Source: Candidatus Aenigmatarchaeota archaeon (GTDB lineage: Archaea > Aenigmatarchaeota > Aenigmatarchaeia > GW2011-AR5). Taken from it: 64,000 bases of DNA. The number at the start of each line of letters is the position of its first letter. The first letter of the stretch is position 1. The notes beneath the pieces were generated by a model. The model saw only the letters and a program-made list of their open reading frames with translations. It did not search any database and was not told the origin of the DNA. Below, in pieces: positions 39,364 to 49,283 of this stretch. The stretch spans positions 224,001-288,000 of the forward strand of contig JACPJW010000001.1 in NCBI GenBank assembly GCA_016187335.1. The letters run 5' to 3'. The position numbers were made by a program, and so were the translations under genes.

Positions 39364-39431
39364 GCGGCTCAGGAGCTACCCGTGGTAATCATCGCTTTCG
39401 CGTCAAACTGGGACAGTCTCTTCATTGCCGC
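39364..39431 (-). ncRNA. Box C/D sRNA; D' guide predicted to target 23S G2251
   Basis: GCGGC-A-ATGAAGA-GACTGTCCCAGT-TTGA-CGCGAAAGCG-ATGATT-ACCACGGGTAGCTC-CTGA-GCCGC; TATA-like element about 25 nt upstream. Confidence 0.8.
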
Positions 39432-39514
39432 TCCTAATTAGGGCAAGAATGCTTATATCTTTAAGGGCAGAGCTCTGCTTCTCTTTATAAATTTTCTTTC
39501 CCAAGAGATGCTTC

Positions 39515-40339
39515 ATGGACGGGGAAAAAAGCGCCGCGCAGAAGGTGGCTCCGCAGCTTATCCGCGACGTATTCGGTGTGGGCACTTCTTGTCCCGGATG
39601 CGGCGAGCAGCTCGGCCTTAAGATTGCTTTGCAGGCCTTGGGCAGGTGCATTTTAGTGAACAGCAACGGCTCCGTGTCGCTGCTGGCAAAATACCCCAGG
39701 ACTTCTTTTAACGTGCCCTTCGTGAACTGCGGCATGAACGCAGCGGCAGCTGCTTCTGCCATTGCCCGGGCGCAGAACAGGCCGGAAGTGAAAAATCCTG
39801 AAAAAGTCGTCGTTTACGCAGGCGATGCCGCGACGTCAATGCATCTCGGAGACGTCATTGCCGCGGCGGACCGTGGAGACAATGTTATCTACATCTGCTA
39901 CAACAACAAGGGGTCCGGCTCTGTTAACCACGCCAGCAGGGTGGAAAAAAGCATAACGAAAAGCGTTGCATTAAGCTGCGCTTATGCAGCAACAGCTTCC
40001 ATGGCGTTCCCTGACGATTATGCGGCAAAGCTGGCGAAGTCGGCAGCAATGAGCGGATTCAAGTTCATTGAGGTGCTTACGCCGTGCCCTGTTTCCTGGT
40101 CTTTTGACCCCTCAATAACCGTTGAAGTCGCCCGCCTCGCGGTAGAAACCGGCGTGTGGCCTGTTTTTGAAGTGGAAAATAAAAAAGTTTCGCTGACAAG
40201 AAGGCCTCTGAGGCTGGAGCCTGTGGAAAAATACATTTCTTTGCAGAAAAGGTTTTCCTTCAGTGAGGAGGAAATGACAGCAGTGCAGGAAGCCGTGAAG
40301 AAAAACTACAGGATGCTTTCCGAGGGAAAACTTGCCTGA
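39515..40339 (+). CDS. porB: POR beta-like subunit, degenerate TPP motif
   Basis: SCPGCG, GDAA in place of GDG, YICYNN, PCPVSW, LAVETGVWP. Confidence 0.8.
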   Translation: MDGEKSAAQKVAPQLIRDVFGVGTSCPGCGEQLGLKIALQALGRCILVNSNGSVSLLAKYPRTSFNVPFVNCGMNAAAAASAIARAQNRPEVKNPEKVVVYAGDAATSMHLGDVIAAADRGDNVIYICYNNKGSGSVNHASRVEKSITKSVALSCAYAATASMAFPDDYAAKLAKSAAMSGFKFIEVLTPCPVSWSFDPSITVEVARLAVETGVWPVFEVENKKVSLTRRPLRLEPVEKYISLQKRFSFSEEEMTAVQEAVKKNYRMLSEGKLA

Positions 40340-40464
40340 AATGCGCGGGCCCTTGGATATTCTTTCCTCTTGCCGGAATTTTTGCCAAGAATAAAATCAA
40401 AACCAGAAACAGGGCATAATTGGTTAAAATTATAAAAAATAAAAAATAAATTACTCAGATTTTC

Positions 40465-40491
40465 TTATTTCCTTCTTTTCTTCTTTGCCAT
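40465..40491 (-). CDS. Possible 8-aa basic micropeptide MAKKKRRK
   Basis: Strong SD AGGTGA 6 nt upstream of ATG; TATA-like TTTAAATA upstream. Confidence 0.25.
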   Translation of the reverse strand: MAKKKRRK

Positions 40492-40720
40492 TTTCAATCA
40501 CCTAATTATTTTCTTGATATATGTTATTTGTTGACCTTATTTAAATAATTTGCGCAATTTTTCTGTGAAAACAGCGAAAATTTTCTTTTTTCACCCGTTT
40601 GGAGAAAGCAAACCGCCTGTTCGTTCTGTTTTGCAAACACAATCCACCTTCCAGAGAAGTGCTTCGTAAGAAAATACTCGTGGCAAAAAAGTATTTATAC
40701 CGATGAAATAAATTAAATCT

Positions 40721-41125
40721 ATGCGACAAAAAGGTATAACTCCCGTCATAGCGATAATCCTCCTTCTGCTGATAACAATATCTATGGTAGGCTTCGCTTT
40801 TGTATGGTTCACGCGCGTGTCCCAGATATCTTCGGAGAGGACGGAATCGCAGCTCACGGAGCAGCTTACGCAGCAGGAAAAGAAGATAAGGATTGACAAT
40901 GCAAAAAGCAATACGGTGACGCTGCGAAACATCGGGACGAAGGATGTCGCTTCCTCGGAGCTGGGATTTTTCGTTGACGACGCTCAGGCTTCACTTACAT
41001 CAGGATGCGCGACGCTGACCGTGGGCGAAGTCGAGACGTGCACCATAAGCGTCTCGTGCGTAGCCGGAACCGGCAAGATAAAGGTAACTGCCCCGGGCAA
41101 CCAGGACGTCGTGATATGCAAGTAG
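40721..41125 (+). CDS. Archaeal type IV pilin-like protein
   Basis: Class III signal peptide QKG|ITPVIAIILLLLIT. Confidence 0.9.
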   Translation: MRQKGITPVIAIILLLLITISMVGFAFVWFTRVSQISSERTESQLTEQLTQQEKKIRIDNAKSNTVTLRNIGTKDVASSELGFFVDDAQASLTSGCATLTVGEVETCTISVSCVAGTGKIKVTAPGNQDVVICK

Positions 41126-41243
41126 AAGGCAAAACAAACTCCAGAAAATTTGCTAAAGCAGCAGCCTGTTCTTTCTTTTATCGGTATTTGTTTGTTGTTT
41201 GAGCATGAAAGAAAACGGGGCTTCCTTTCTCGCTTTGGTTCTT

Positions 41244-42395
41244 TTACAGCCCTGCTTCCTTCCTCAGAACATCAGCTAGATCCGTCTTTTCCCATGTGAA
41301 ATCAGCGTCATTCCGTCCGAAGTGCCCGTAGCACGACGTTTTCCCGTATACCGGCCTTCGCAGCTTCAGGTACTCTATTATCTTTGCGGGCCTCATGTCA
41401 AAGTGCCTGCCTATCAGCTCTAAGATCTTCTCTTCGGGGATTTTTGCCGTCCCGAAAGTGTTGATGTTGACGGAAACGGGCTTCGCGACGCCTATTGCGT
41501 AAGCAAGCTGCACCTCGCATTTTTCAGCGATTCCGGCGGCTACTATGTTTTTCGCTATGTGCCTTGCCATGTACGAAGCCGAGCGGTCAACCTTTGTCGG
41601 ATCCTTTCCGCTGAAAGCGCCGCCGCCGCTTCCGCCCATGCCGCCGTAGGTGTCAACAACCGTCTTTCTTCCCGTGAGCCCGGAATCCGCAACAGGGCCT
41701 CCGAGAACGAAGCGTCCTGTCTCGTTTATGAAGAATTTTGTTTCGCTGTCTATCCAGGCTCCGCACACGGGCTTTATCACTTTCTCGATTATTTCCTTTC
41801 TTATGTCCTCGCTGCTCACTTCAGGATCGTGCTGGACTGCGATGACAACTGTTTCTATCCTTCTTGGCTTGCCGTTCTCGTATTCCACGGTCACCTGCGA
41901 CTTGCCGTCGGGCCTTATCCATTTTATCTCGCCGCCCTTGCGCGCTTCGGCCATCCTCTGCGTCAGCTTGTGTGCGTACGTTATCGGGAACGGCATCATC
42001 TCCGGCGTCTCGCTGCATGCAAAGCCGAACATCATTCCCTGGTCGCCTGCTCCCTGCTCGTGCTCAGCTGTAGCTGTCACGCCCTGCGATATGTCCGGTG
42101 ATTGCTCATGCAGGGATACAAGAACGGTGCAGTTGTCAACGTTGAAAAGGTATTCCGGCTTGTTGTACCCGATTTCCCTGATTACCTTTCTTACGGTTCC
42201 CTGGACATCAACGTAGCCTTTGGTCGTGACCTCGCCGGCAACGACAATAAGGCTCAGCGTTGTCAGGACTTCCACGGCAACCCGGGAATTTGGGTCCTGC
42301 CTTATCAGGTCATCCAGCAGCGTGTCCGCTATCTGGTCGGCTATTTTGTCGGGATGACCTTCGGTGACCGATTCAGAAGTGAAGAGTCTTTTCAT
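41244..42395 (-). CDS. metK: S-adenosylmethionine synthetase, bacterial/eukaryal type
   Basis: [35 protein letters not shown]. Confidence 0.97.
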   Translation of the reverse strand: MKRLFTSESVTEGHPDKIADQIADTLLDDLIRQDPNSRVAVEVLTTLSLIVVAGEVTTKGYVDVQGTVRKVIREIGYNKPEYLFNVDNCTVLVSLHEQSPDISQGVTATAEHEQGAGDQGMMFGFACSETPEMMPFPITYAHKLTQRMAEARKGGEIKWIRPDGKSQVTVEYENGKPRRIETVVIAVQHDPEVSSEDIRKEIIEKVIKPVCGAWIDSETKFFINETGRFVLGGPVADSGLTGRKTVVDTYGGMGGSGGGAFSGKDPTKVDRSASYMARHIAKNIVAAGIAEKCEVQLAYAIGVAKPVSVNINTFGTAKIPEEKILELIGRHFDMRPAKIIEYLKLRRPVYGKTSCYGHFGRNDADFTWEKTDLADVLRKEAGL

Positions 42396-42498
42396 AAAAT
42401 CATCTCATGTATTTCCTGCTCTAATTTCTTAAACGTATAAATCGCAAAAGCTTTAATACCGAATTATTTCTTCCTTCATTATTCCAGTAAGAATAAAA

Positions 42499-43353
42499 CT
42501 AGCAGTCCGGCTGAGGCGTTCCTGCTGACCAGTCAGCAGCGATGTCGCTGTCGTTTAGAGCTTTTCTTGCCAGCGATTTCCCCTGCTTTGCTGCTAGGTC
42601 CCATGCCGGATAAGCATCGTTTGCGCCTTTCTCCCACGCCACGAAATCAATTTCATTGCCGCTGCCATCTTTTAATGTCAGCTGGTCTCCGTCGTTATTG
42701 AGCGTCCTAGAAAAACCGCTGACATGCGGAGCGCAGTTGAAAGACTGCTGGAATGCCGTGGCGTTCTTCGCTATAACCAAGTAAGATTTTCTGCTGATCG
42801 TTATGTCGCTGAATTTCCACGTCCGGCTGTTGTCGCTTATAGTCCATCCAGCAAGGGAAATGTCCGCGCCGGAGGGATTGTACAGTTCCAGCCACTCGTC
42901 CTTCTCGCCGCTCGTGCTTGTATCATACATGATTTCCGAGAAGATAACGTGGTTAAGTTCATGCCCGGAGCATGACGGTGTGCATGCTTCGCAATTTCCG
43001 TTGATGCAGGTGTTATTGCAGCTTGCTATGTAGGAATCCGGGCACGTTATGCTCGTGACGCCGCAGTTCCTGCCTGCGCATAAATCTGCAGCAACCCACG
43101 TTCTGTTTTCTGTCGCCGGACTTATATCTGCCTCGTTCGTTTCTTCCGGTTTTGTTTCATTAATGCTCTCGTTAATGCTTTGGTTTCCTTCCGTTATGCT
43201 TTGGTCCGTAAAATTGATTGCCGCAGTGCCCTGATTATCATTCGAAACGTTCTTGCCTGGAAAATCCTCTGCTGATGCGCTTTCCTTTGCAATATACCCC
43301 GTGCATCCGTTTGCGTAAACGACAAGAAGGAGAAGGACAATCCATTTGCCCAT
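42499..43353 (-). CDS. Secreted/lipo-protein with Cys-rich linker and lamin-tail (LTD) domain
   Basis: Signal peptide ...ANGC; VIFSEIMYD...EWLELYNP...LNNDGDQLTL. Confidence 0.8.
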   Translation of the reverse strand: MGKWIVLLLLVVYANGCTGYIAKESASAEDFPGKNVSNDNQGTAAINFTDQSITEGNQSINESINETKPEETNEADISPATENRTWVAADLCAGRNCGVTSITCPDSYIASCNNTCINGNCEACTPSCSGHELNHVIFSEIMYDTSTSGEKDEWLELYNPSGADISLAGWTISDNSRTWKFSDITISRKSYLVIAKNATAFQQSFNCAPHVSGFSRTLNNDGDQLTLKDGSGNEIDFVAWEKGANDAYPAWDLAAKQGKSLARKALNDSDIAADWSAGTPQPDC

Positions 43354-43403
43354 TATGAATTTTTGGTCGCATGTCTTAAATAATTTGAAACATTCTCATT
43401 ATC

Positions 43404-44099
43404 ATGTTCGTGACGAATGAAAGGGCAATGGTGCTGGGAAACAAGCTTGTAATCGCTGATATTCATCTGGGCATCACGCTGGAGATATACAAATCAGGCG
43501 TTTCGCTGCCGAGCCAGGTCAGGCCGATGCTGGACAGGATACACAAGCTAAAGAATCTCACAAAGTCAAAGGAACTGGTGCTTTTGGGCGATGTCAAGCA
43601 CAACATACCAAACATAACTTTCCAGGAGTTGAGGGAAATCCCGCTTTTCCTGTCGCTGCTTGATTTTGACAAAATAACAATAGTCAAGGGCAATCACGAC
43701 GGAAAAATAGAGTCTTTGATTTCGGAACAGGTACGCGAGAAGGTCCGGGTAAGGAAGTCCATGGTCATTGGTGATTACATTCTTACGCATGGTCACCGTT
43801 CTGTAAAGACGAACAAAAAAATAATAATAGGCCATAACCATCCTAACGTGAAATTTGTTGACGCAATAGGCAACACTTATGCGGAGCCTGCATGGATAAA
43901 AAGCATGATAGGAAAGCAAAGAGTAATTATAATGCCTGCTTTCAACGAATTATCAGGAAGCATGATCGTGAACGACGCAAGGTCCAGCAGCAAAGGCTAC
44001 AAGCCGTTTTTAGGACCGGTAGCAAAAAGGATGAACAGAAACAGAACAAAGGTATTTCTCCTTGACAGCACCGACCTCGGGTTTTTAAATGACTTGTAG
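43404..44099 (+). CDS. Metallophosphoesterase (Lhr-associated MPE type)
   Basis: DIHLG, LGDVKH, GNHD, THGH, GHNHP, MPAFN. Confidence 0.9.
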   Translation: MFVTNERAMVLGNKLVIADIHLGITLEIYKSGVSLPSQVRPMLDRIHKLKNLTKSKELVLLGDVKHNIPNITFQELREIPLFLSLLDFDKITIVKGNHDGKIESLISEQVREKVRVRKSMVIGDYILTHGHRSVKTNKKIIIGHNHPNVKFVDAIGNTYAEPAWIKSMIGKQRVIIMPAFNELSGSMIVNDARSSSKGYKPFLGPVAKRMNRNRTKVFLLDSTDLGFLNDL

Positions 44100-44116
44100 G
44101 CTGCGAAGGTGTTTAC

Positions 44117-46903
44117 ATGGTATTCAAGCTGTTTTCAGAAAAACTGCAGTCCCTGATAAAGCAGAAGGGCTTTTTAGAGCCCACGTTGCCGCAGGTGCTG
44201 GGCGTGCCCGATATTATTTCCGGAAAGAATGTCCTGATAATCGCGCCCACGGGTTCGGGGAAAACAGAAACGACTTGCCTGCCCCTTTTTGACAAGATAT
44301 ACAGGGAGCAGTCAAAGCCCATAACAATGCTTTACGTGAATCCGCTGCGCTCGCTGTCCCGCGATTTGCTGGACCGCCTTGTATGGTGGGCTGACAAGCT
44401 GGACCTGGGCATAGCGGTGCGCCACGGAGACGTGTCGGCAAAAGAGCGGACGATACAAAGGGAAGCGCCGCCGCACATACTGATAACGACGCCGGAAACT
44501 TTGGGCGCAATCCTAACAGGGAAGATAATGCGCGAGCACCTGAAGAACGTCAAGTATGTCGTTGTCGACGAAATCCACGAGCTCGTAGAAAGCAAGCGCG
44601 GCGTGCAGCTTTCGCTGATTCTGGAAAGGCTGCGGGACATTGCGGGAGATTTCCAGAGAATAGGCCTGTCCGCAACCGTGGGCAATCCCCAGACAGTCGC
44701 TGACTTTCTCGGCAGCGATGTAAAGATCATCCGGGCGGAGATGACGAAAAAATACATCATAAAAGTTGAGAGCCCGAAGGCGGGGCTGAAGGACAGGGCA
44801 ATAGCCGACGACCTCGCAATAGGCGCCGAGACAACGGCTCGCCTGAGAAGCCTTCATGAAAAGATACAGAGCCACAATAGCGTTCTTGTTTTTACGAACA
44901 CCCGCGAGACCGCAGAAGTTCTTTCCTCGCGCCTGCGTTCCCTGGACCGCAGCCTGAAGCATGACGTCCACCACGGGTCTTTGTCAAAGGAAAGAAGGAT
45001 ACGCAGTGAGCAATTATTCAAGTCGCAGCAGCTGAAATCCCTGATATCTACCAGCAGCCTGGAGCTTGGCATAGACATCGGCTCCATAGACCTTGTCGTG
45101 CAATACCTTTCCCCGAGGCAGGTGACAAAGCTAATACAGCGCGTGGGCCGTTCCGGGCACAATGTCGGCCAGACAAGCAAAGGCGTCATCCTGTCCGGTG
45201 ACGAGGATGTTTTTGAATCATCAGTCATCGCAAACAGGGCGATGAAAAAGCAGCTGGAAGAGCCGCGCATCCATGAGAAAGCCCTGGACGTCCTGGCGAA
45301 CCAGATTGTGGGCATCACCATGGACAGCAACGACGCGAGCGAGGAAAAAATTTATGCGCTGGTCACAAGGGCGTATCCGTACAGGTCCCTGAGCAGAAAA
45401 GAGTTTGACGATTTCATGAAATTTCTCGAGTCGCTTCACCTTTTCTGGATTAACCGCGGCGTCACTTCATATACAATCCGCAGGAAGAAGCGGTCCTTTG
45501 ACTATTTTTTTGAAAACCTGTCGATGATACCTGACACGCGCCAGTACAGGGTCATTTCCATAATAGAAGGCGAGCCCATCGGCAACTTGGACGAGGCTTT
45601 CGTCGCAGAGCACGGCCATACCGGCGAGAAATTCATCTGCAGCGGCCGCGCGTGGAGGGTCATTCAGGTGGAAGACAGGAAAGTCACCGTTGAGCCTGTT
45701 GATGACATAGAATCGGCAGTCCCGGCGTGGGAAGGCGAGCTCATTCCGGTGCCTTTTGATGTTGCGCAGGATGTCGGCCGCCTGAGGAAATATATTGCAG
45801 ACAGCATGGAAAAGGGCGCTGCAAAGAATCTGCGGGCGGAATACAAAGTCGATGAGAACACGGCTGAAACGATGGTCAGTGTTGTAAGAAAGCAGAAAGA
45901 AACCCACGTCGTCCCGGATGACAAAAAGTGGCTGATGGAAAGCTACAGGGACTTCGTCATCATTCACAGCTGCTGCGGCTCGAAGGTCAACGACACCATA
46001 GGCCGCTACCTCGCAGCAGTTATTACAGAAAAAAGCGGCGTGTCCGTCAACATGAAGAACGACCCATACCGCATCATACTGCAAACAATGTACAAGCCGG
46101 AAAAAATAGAGGCCCTGCTGAAAAGCGGCGGTGAAATAGAAGAGCTTCTGAAGGAAAGCATCTCGCGCTCGTCGATGTTCAAGTGGCGCTTTCTGCACAA
46201 CGCGAAAAGGTTCGGCATCGTGTCAAAAAAAGTGGATTACGAAAGAATAAACATGAAAAAAATCATGGAGCAGTATGAAAACACCCCTGTCCACGAAGAA
46301 ACGATGCGCGAGGTGTTCCTGGAAAAGATGGACGTGAAAAAAGCGGGAGAAATTCTTTCAGCAGTTTCAGAAGGCAAAATCAAAATAATAACGCAGCCCG
46401 GGCTGAGTTATCTGGGATCTTTAGGCCTTACCCACCAGTTCGCCGAGGTCATGAAGCCGCTCATGCCGGAGCAGGAAATATTGCGGGCTTTCAGGAAAAG
46501 GTTGCTCAATACAAGCGTGCGCCTGGTATGCGTAAACTGCGGGGAATACATGAACATAAAGCCCGTGAAAGCCGTGGACGACCAGCCGGAGTGCCCGAAA
46601 TGCGGCTCAAGGCTTATCGCAGCAGTGAGAAGAAGCTTCCGCTCCGCTCCGGATATTGTGAAGAAAAGGATAAAGAAAAAGAAGATGAATGACGAGGAAA
46701 CGAAGGAATTTCTCGGCATAAGGAGGTCGGCGGACCTGGTCATGGTTTACGGCAAAAAAGCCGTCGTCGCCCTGGCCGGGCGCGGCGTAGGCCCGCAGAC
46801 GGCTGCGAGGATTCTGGCGATGCTGCCCGAAAAAAAGAAGCTGTTTGCGGAAATCCTGAAAGCCGAGAAGGAATTCGCAAGGACAAAGAAGTTCTGGAAG
46901 TAG
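44117..46903 (+). CDS. lhr: Lhr-family DEAD/DEAH helicase with C-terminal zinc finger
   Basis: APTGSGKT, DEIHE, SLELGIDIG, QRVGRSGH, CVNC...CPKC. Confidence 0.95.
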   Translation: MVFKLFSEKLQSLIKQKGFLEPTLPQVLGVPDIISGKNVLIIAPTGSGKTETTCLPLFDKIYREQSKPITMLYVNPLRSLSRDLLDRLVWWADKLDLGIAVRHGDVSAKERTIQREAPPHILITTPETLGAILTGKIMREHLKNVKYVVVDEIHELVESKRGVQLSLILERLRDIAGDFQRIGLSATVGNPQTVADFLGSDVKIIRAEMTKKYIIKVESPKAGLKDRAIADDLAIGAETTARLRSLHEKIQSHNSVLVFTNTRETAEVLSSRLRSLDRSLKHDVHHGSLSKERRIRSEQLFKSQQLKSLISTSSLELGIDIGSIDLVVQYLSPRQVTKLIQRVGRSGHNVGQTSKGVILSGDEDVFESSVIANRAMKKQLEEPRIHEKALDVLANQIVGITMDSNDASEEKIYALVTRAYPYRSLSRKEFDDFMKFLESLHLFWINRGVTSYTIRRKKRSFDYFFENLSMIPDTRQYRVISIIEGEPIGNLDEAFVAEHGHTGEKFICSGRAWRVIQVEDRKVTVEPVDDIESAVPAWEGELIPVPFDVAQDVGRLRKYIADSMEKGAAKNLRAEYKVDENTAETMVSVVRKQKETHVVPDDKKWLMESYRDFVIIHSCCGSKVNDTIGRYLAAVITEKSGVSVNMKNDPYRIILQTMYKPEKIEALLKSGGEIEELLKESISRSSMFKWRFLHNAKRFGIVSKKVDYERINMKKIMEQYENTPVHEETMREVFLEKMDVKKAGEILSAVSEGKIKIITQPGLSYLGSLGLTHQFAEVMKPLMPEQEILRAFRKRLLNTSVRLVCVNCGEYMNIKPVKAVDDQPECPKCGSRLIAAVRRSFRSAPDIVKKRIKKKKMNDEETKEFLGIRRSADLVMVYGKKAVVALAGRGVGPQTAARILAMLPEKKKLFAEILKAEKEFARTKKFWK

Positions 46904-46934
46904 CTATTTAATTCCTTCTTCGGAAATTATATTT

Positions 46935-49283
46935 ATGCGCTTCTGCCTTTTGGACGCTGACTACGACGGAACAGAAATAAAAATGTTCGGCGTGGACGAG
47001 CATGGAAAGTCCGTGCTCGTCGTTGACGAATACGGACCCTACATTTACGTTGACGCCAAAAACAAATCAGCCATAAAAGAAAAGTTGAAGAAAAGCAGGC
47101 TTGTGCTGAAGATAGAAGAAGTGAAGAGAAAAATCGGCTTGGAAGAAAAACTGCTGCTGAAGGTTTTTGTCGACCTGCCGCAGAATTTGTCGAGGGTTCG
47201 TGATTTGATAAAGCACAATCCCGCCGTCGCTGACGTTTTTGAGTATACCATACCCTTTTACAAGCGCTATCTTATAGACAAGAAAATCTACCCTTTCTCC
47301 TGGATTGACGTCGACGGAGAGGAAATAAAGGAAAAAAGCGGGTACAGCCATGCCGTAAAATCCAATAAACTTTCCGTCCTTGATAAAAAAACACTGCCGA
47401 AGATGCGCGTTCTTGCCTTTGACACGGAAGTGGTTGACAAGGAAATAATAATGATTTCTTTGGTTTCCGGAAGCTACAGGAAAATACTGACGTACAAAAA
47501 ATGCAGCGCTGCGCATTGCGAAGTCCTGAAAAGCGAGAAGGAAATGCTGCAGCGCTTTATTGAGCTTGTTAATGAACAGGATCCGGACGTCGTTGTCGGC
47601 TTCAATTCCGACGAGTTTGACTTCCAAGTGATCAGGGAGCGCTGCGACTTCCACAAAATAGAAGCAAAAATAAACCGCGACGGCTCCTCGCTGCGCACAG
47701 TGCGCCGCGCCCACATATCCGCCGCGAAGCTGCGCGGCCGTCTGCATATTGACCTGTTTAATTTTGTCGAAAACATTTTAGCGCCGCAGATGCAGCTTGA
47801 GGCAATAACGTTGTCGGAGGTATCAGAAGAACTATTGGGAGAAAGCAAGCTTGAGATTTCCTTTGAAGAAATCCTAGATGCCTGGAAGAAAGGAAAAATA
47901 GATTACCTGGCTGAGTATTGCCTGAAAGACTCCTTGCTCACTTACAGGCTTGCGGAGATGATGCTCCCGCAGATTACGGAAATTTCAAGGGTTTCCGGCC
48001 AGCTTCCATTTGATACTTCCCGGCTCACCTACGGGCTCCTGGTGGAATGGTTCTTTGTCAGAAGGGCATCAGAAAAAGGAATCATATCGCCCAACCAGCC
48101 GCACTGGGACGAAATCCAGCGGCGCCGGCTTCAGCGGCCTTACAAAGGCGGCTACGTGATGGAACCAAAGCTGGGTTTGCATGATAACATAGCCGTGTTT
48201 GACTTCCGGTCCCTCTACCCGAGCATCATCGTAACATTCAACATCTCGCCTGAGACGCTGAACTGCTCCTGCTGCAGGAAAAACGGCCACAAAGTCCCGG
48301 GCATGAAATATCATTTCTGCAGGAAGCACCACGGCTTCGTTTCTGATGTGGTCAAGGAAATAATCGAAGAGCGGGTGAAAATAAAAAATGAATTGAAAAA
48401 GCACAGGGAGAACAGCGAGGAATTCAAGCAATTAAATGAACAGCAATACGCCGTGAAGATTCTGGCCAACGCATCCTACGGCATTCTTGGCTTCGCCGGC
48501 GCGCGCTGGTACTGCCGCGAATGCGCTGAAAGCAGCTCGGCCTTCGGCAGGCATTACATAAAGCAGACCATGGACAAGGCAAAAAAAAGCTTTGAATTGC
48601 TTTACGGCGACACTGACTCGCTCATGGTTTCTTTCAGGAATGAAAAAGACGTTGAGCAATTCCGGGAAAAGACAAACAAGGAACTGCCCGGCATCATGGA
48701 ACTGGAGCTGCAAGGATTGTATTTAAGAGGCATTTTCGTCCCCCAGAAGCTCGGCACATACGTGGCAAAGAAAAGATATGCCCTCATCGACAAAAAAGGC
48801 GTTGTCACAGTCCGCGGCTTTGAAGCCGTTCGCAGGGACTGGTGCGACCTCGCGAAGAACCTGCAGCACGAAGTGTTGCGGCTTGTCTTGAAAGGAAAGG
48901 AAAAGGAAGCTGCCAGCAAGGTCAGGGGAGTGATAAGAAAAGTAAAATCCCGCAAGGTATCTCTTTCTGACCTGGCAATACGCACCATGCTTGGAAAGGA
49001 GCTTGAGGAATACAAGGCGACCGGGCCGCACACAGCTGTCGCAAAGAAGCTGGAGAAAGAAGGCCATGTCGTCAGGCAAGGCATGGTTCTTTCTTACGTT
49101 ATCACAAAAAGGAAAGGCTCCGTATCAGAGAAAGCCGAAAGCATAGAAAAGGTTTCTCTGAAAGACTACGACGTTGATTATTACGTGAACAAGCAGATTC
49201 TTTCGGTCGCCCTGCGCGTCCTGCAGGTCCTGGGTTACAAGGAATCCGATTTCATGAACGGCCTGAAGAAGTTTGCGAAGTAG
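46935..49283 (+). CDS. polB: Family B DNA polymerase
   Basis: FDTE exonuclease motif, DFRSLYPS, KILANASYG, YGDTDS. Confidence 0.97.
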   Translation: MRFCLLDADYDGTEIKMFGVDEHGKSVLVVDEYGPYIYVDAKNKSAIKEKLKKSRLVLKIEEVKRKIGLEEKLLLKVFVDLPQNLSRVRDLIKHNPAVADVFEYTIPFYKRYLIDKKIYPFSWIDVDGEEIKEKSGYSHAVKSNKLSVLDKKTLPKMRVLAFDTEVVDKEIIMISLVSGSYRKILTYKKCSAAHCEVLKSEKEMLQRFIELVNEQDPDVVVGFNSDEFDFQVIRERCDFHKIEAKINRDGSSLRTVRRAHISAAKLRGRLHIDLFNFVENILAPQMQLEAITLSEVSEELLGESKLEISFEEILDAWKKGKIDYLAEYCLKDSLLTYRLAEMMLPQITEISRVSGQLPFDTSRLTYGLLVEWFFVRRASEKGIISPNQPHWDEIQRRRLQRPYKGGYVMEPKLGLHDNIAVFDFRSLYPSIIVTFNISPETLNCSCCRKNGHKVPGMKYHFCRKHHGFVSDVVKEIIEERVKIKNELKKHRENSEEFKQLNEQQYAVKILANASYGILGFAGARWYCRECAESSSAFGRHYIKQTMDKAKKSFELLYGDTDSLMVSFRNEKDVEQFREKTNKELPGIMELELQGLYLRGIFVPQKLGTYVAKKRYALIDKKGVVTVRGFEAVRRDWCDLAKNLQHEVLRLVLKGKEKEAASKVRGVIRKVKSRKVSLSDLAIRTMLGKELEEYKATGPHTAVAKKLEKEGHVVRQGMVLSYVITKRKGSVSEKAESIEKVSLKDYDVDYYVNKQILSVALRVLQVLGYKESDFMNGLKKFAK

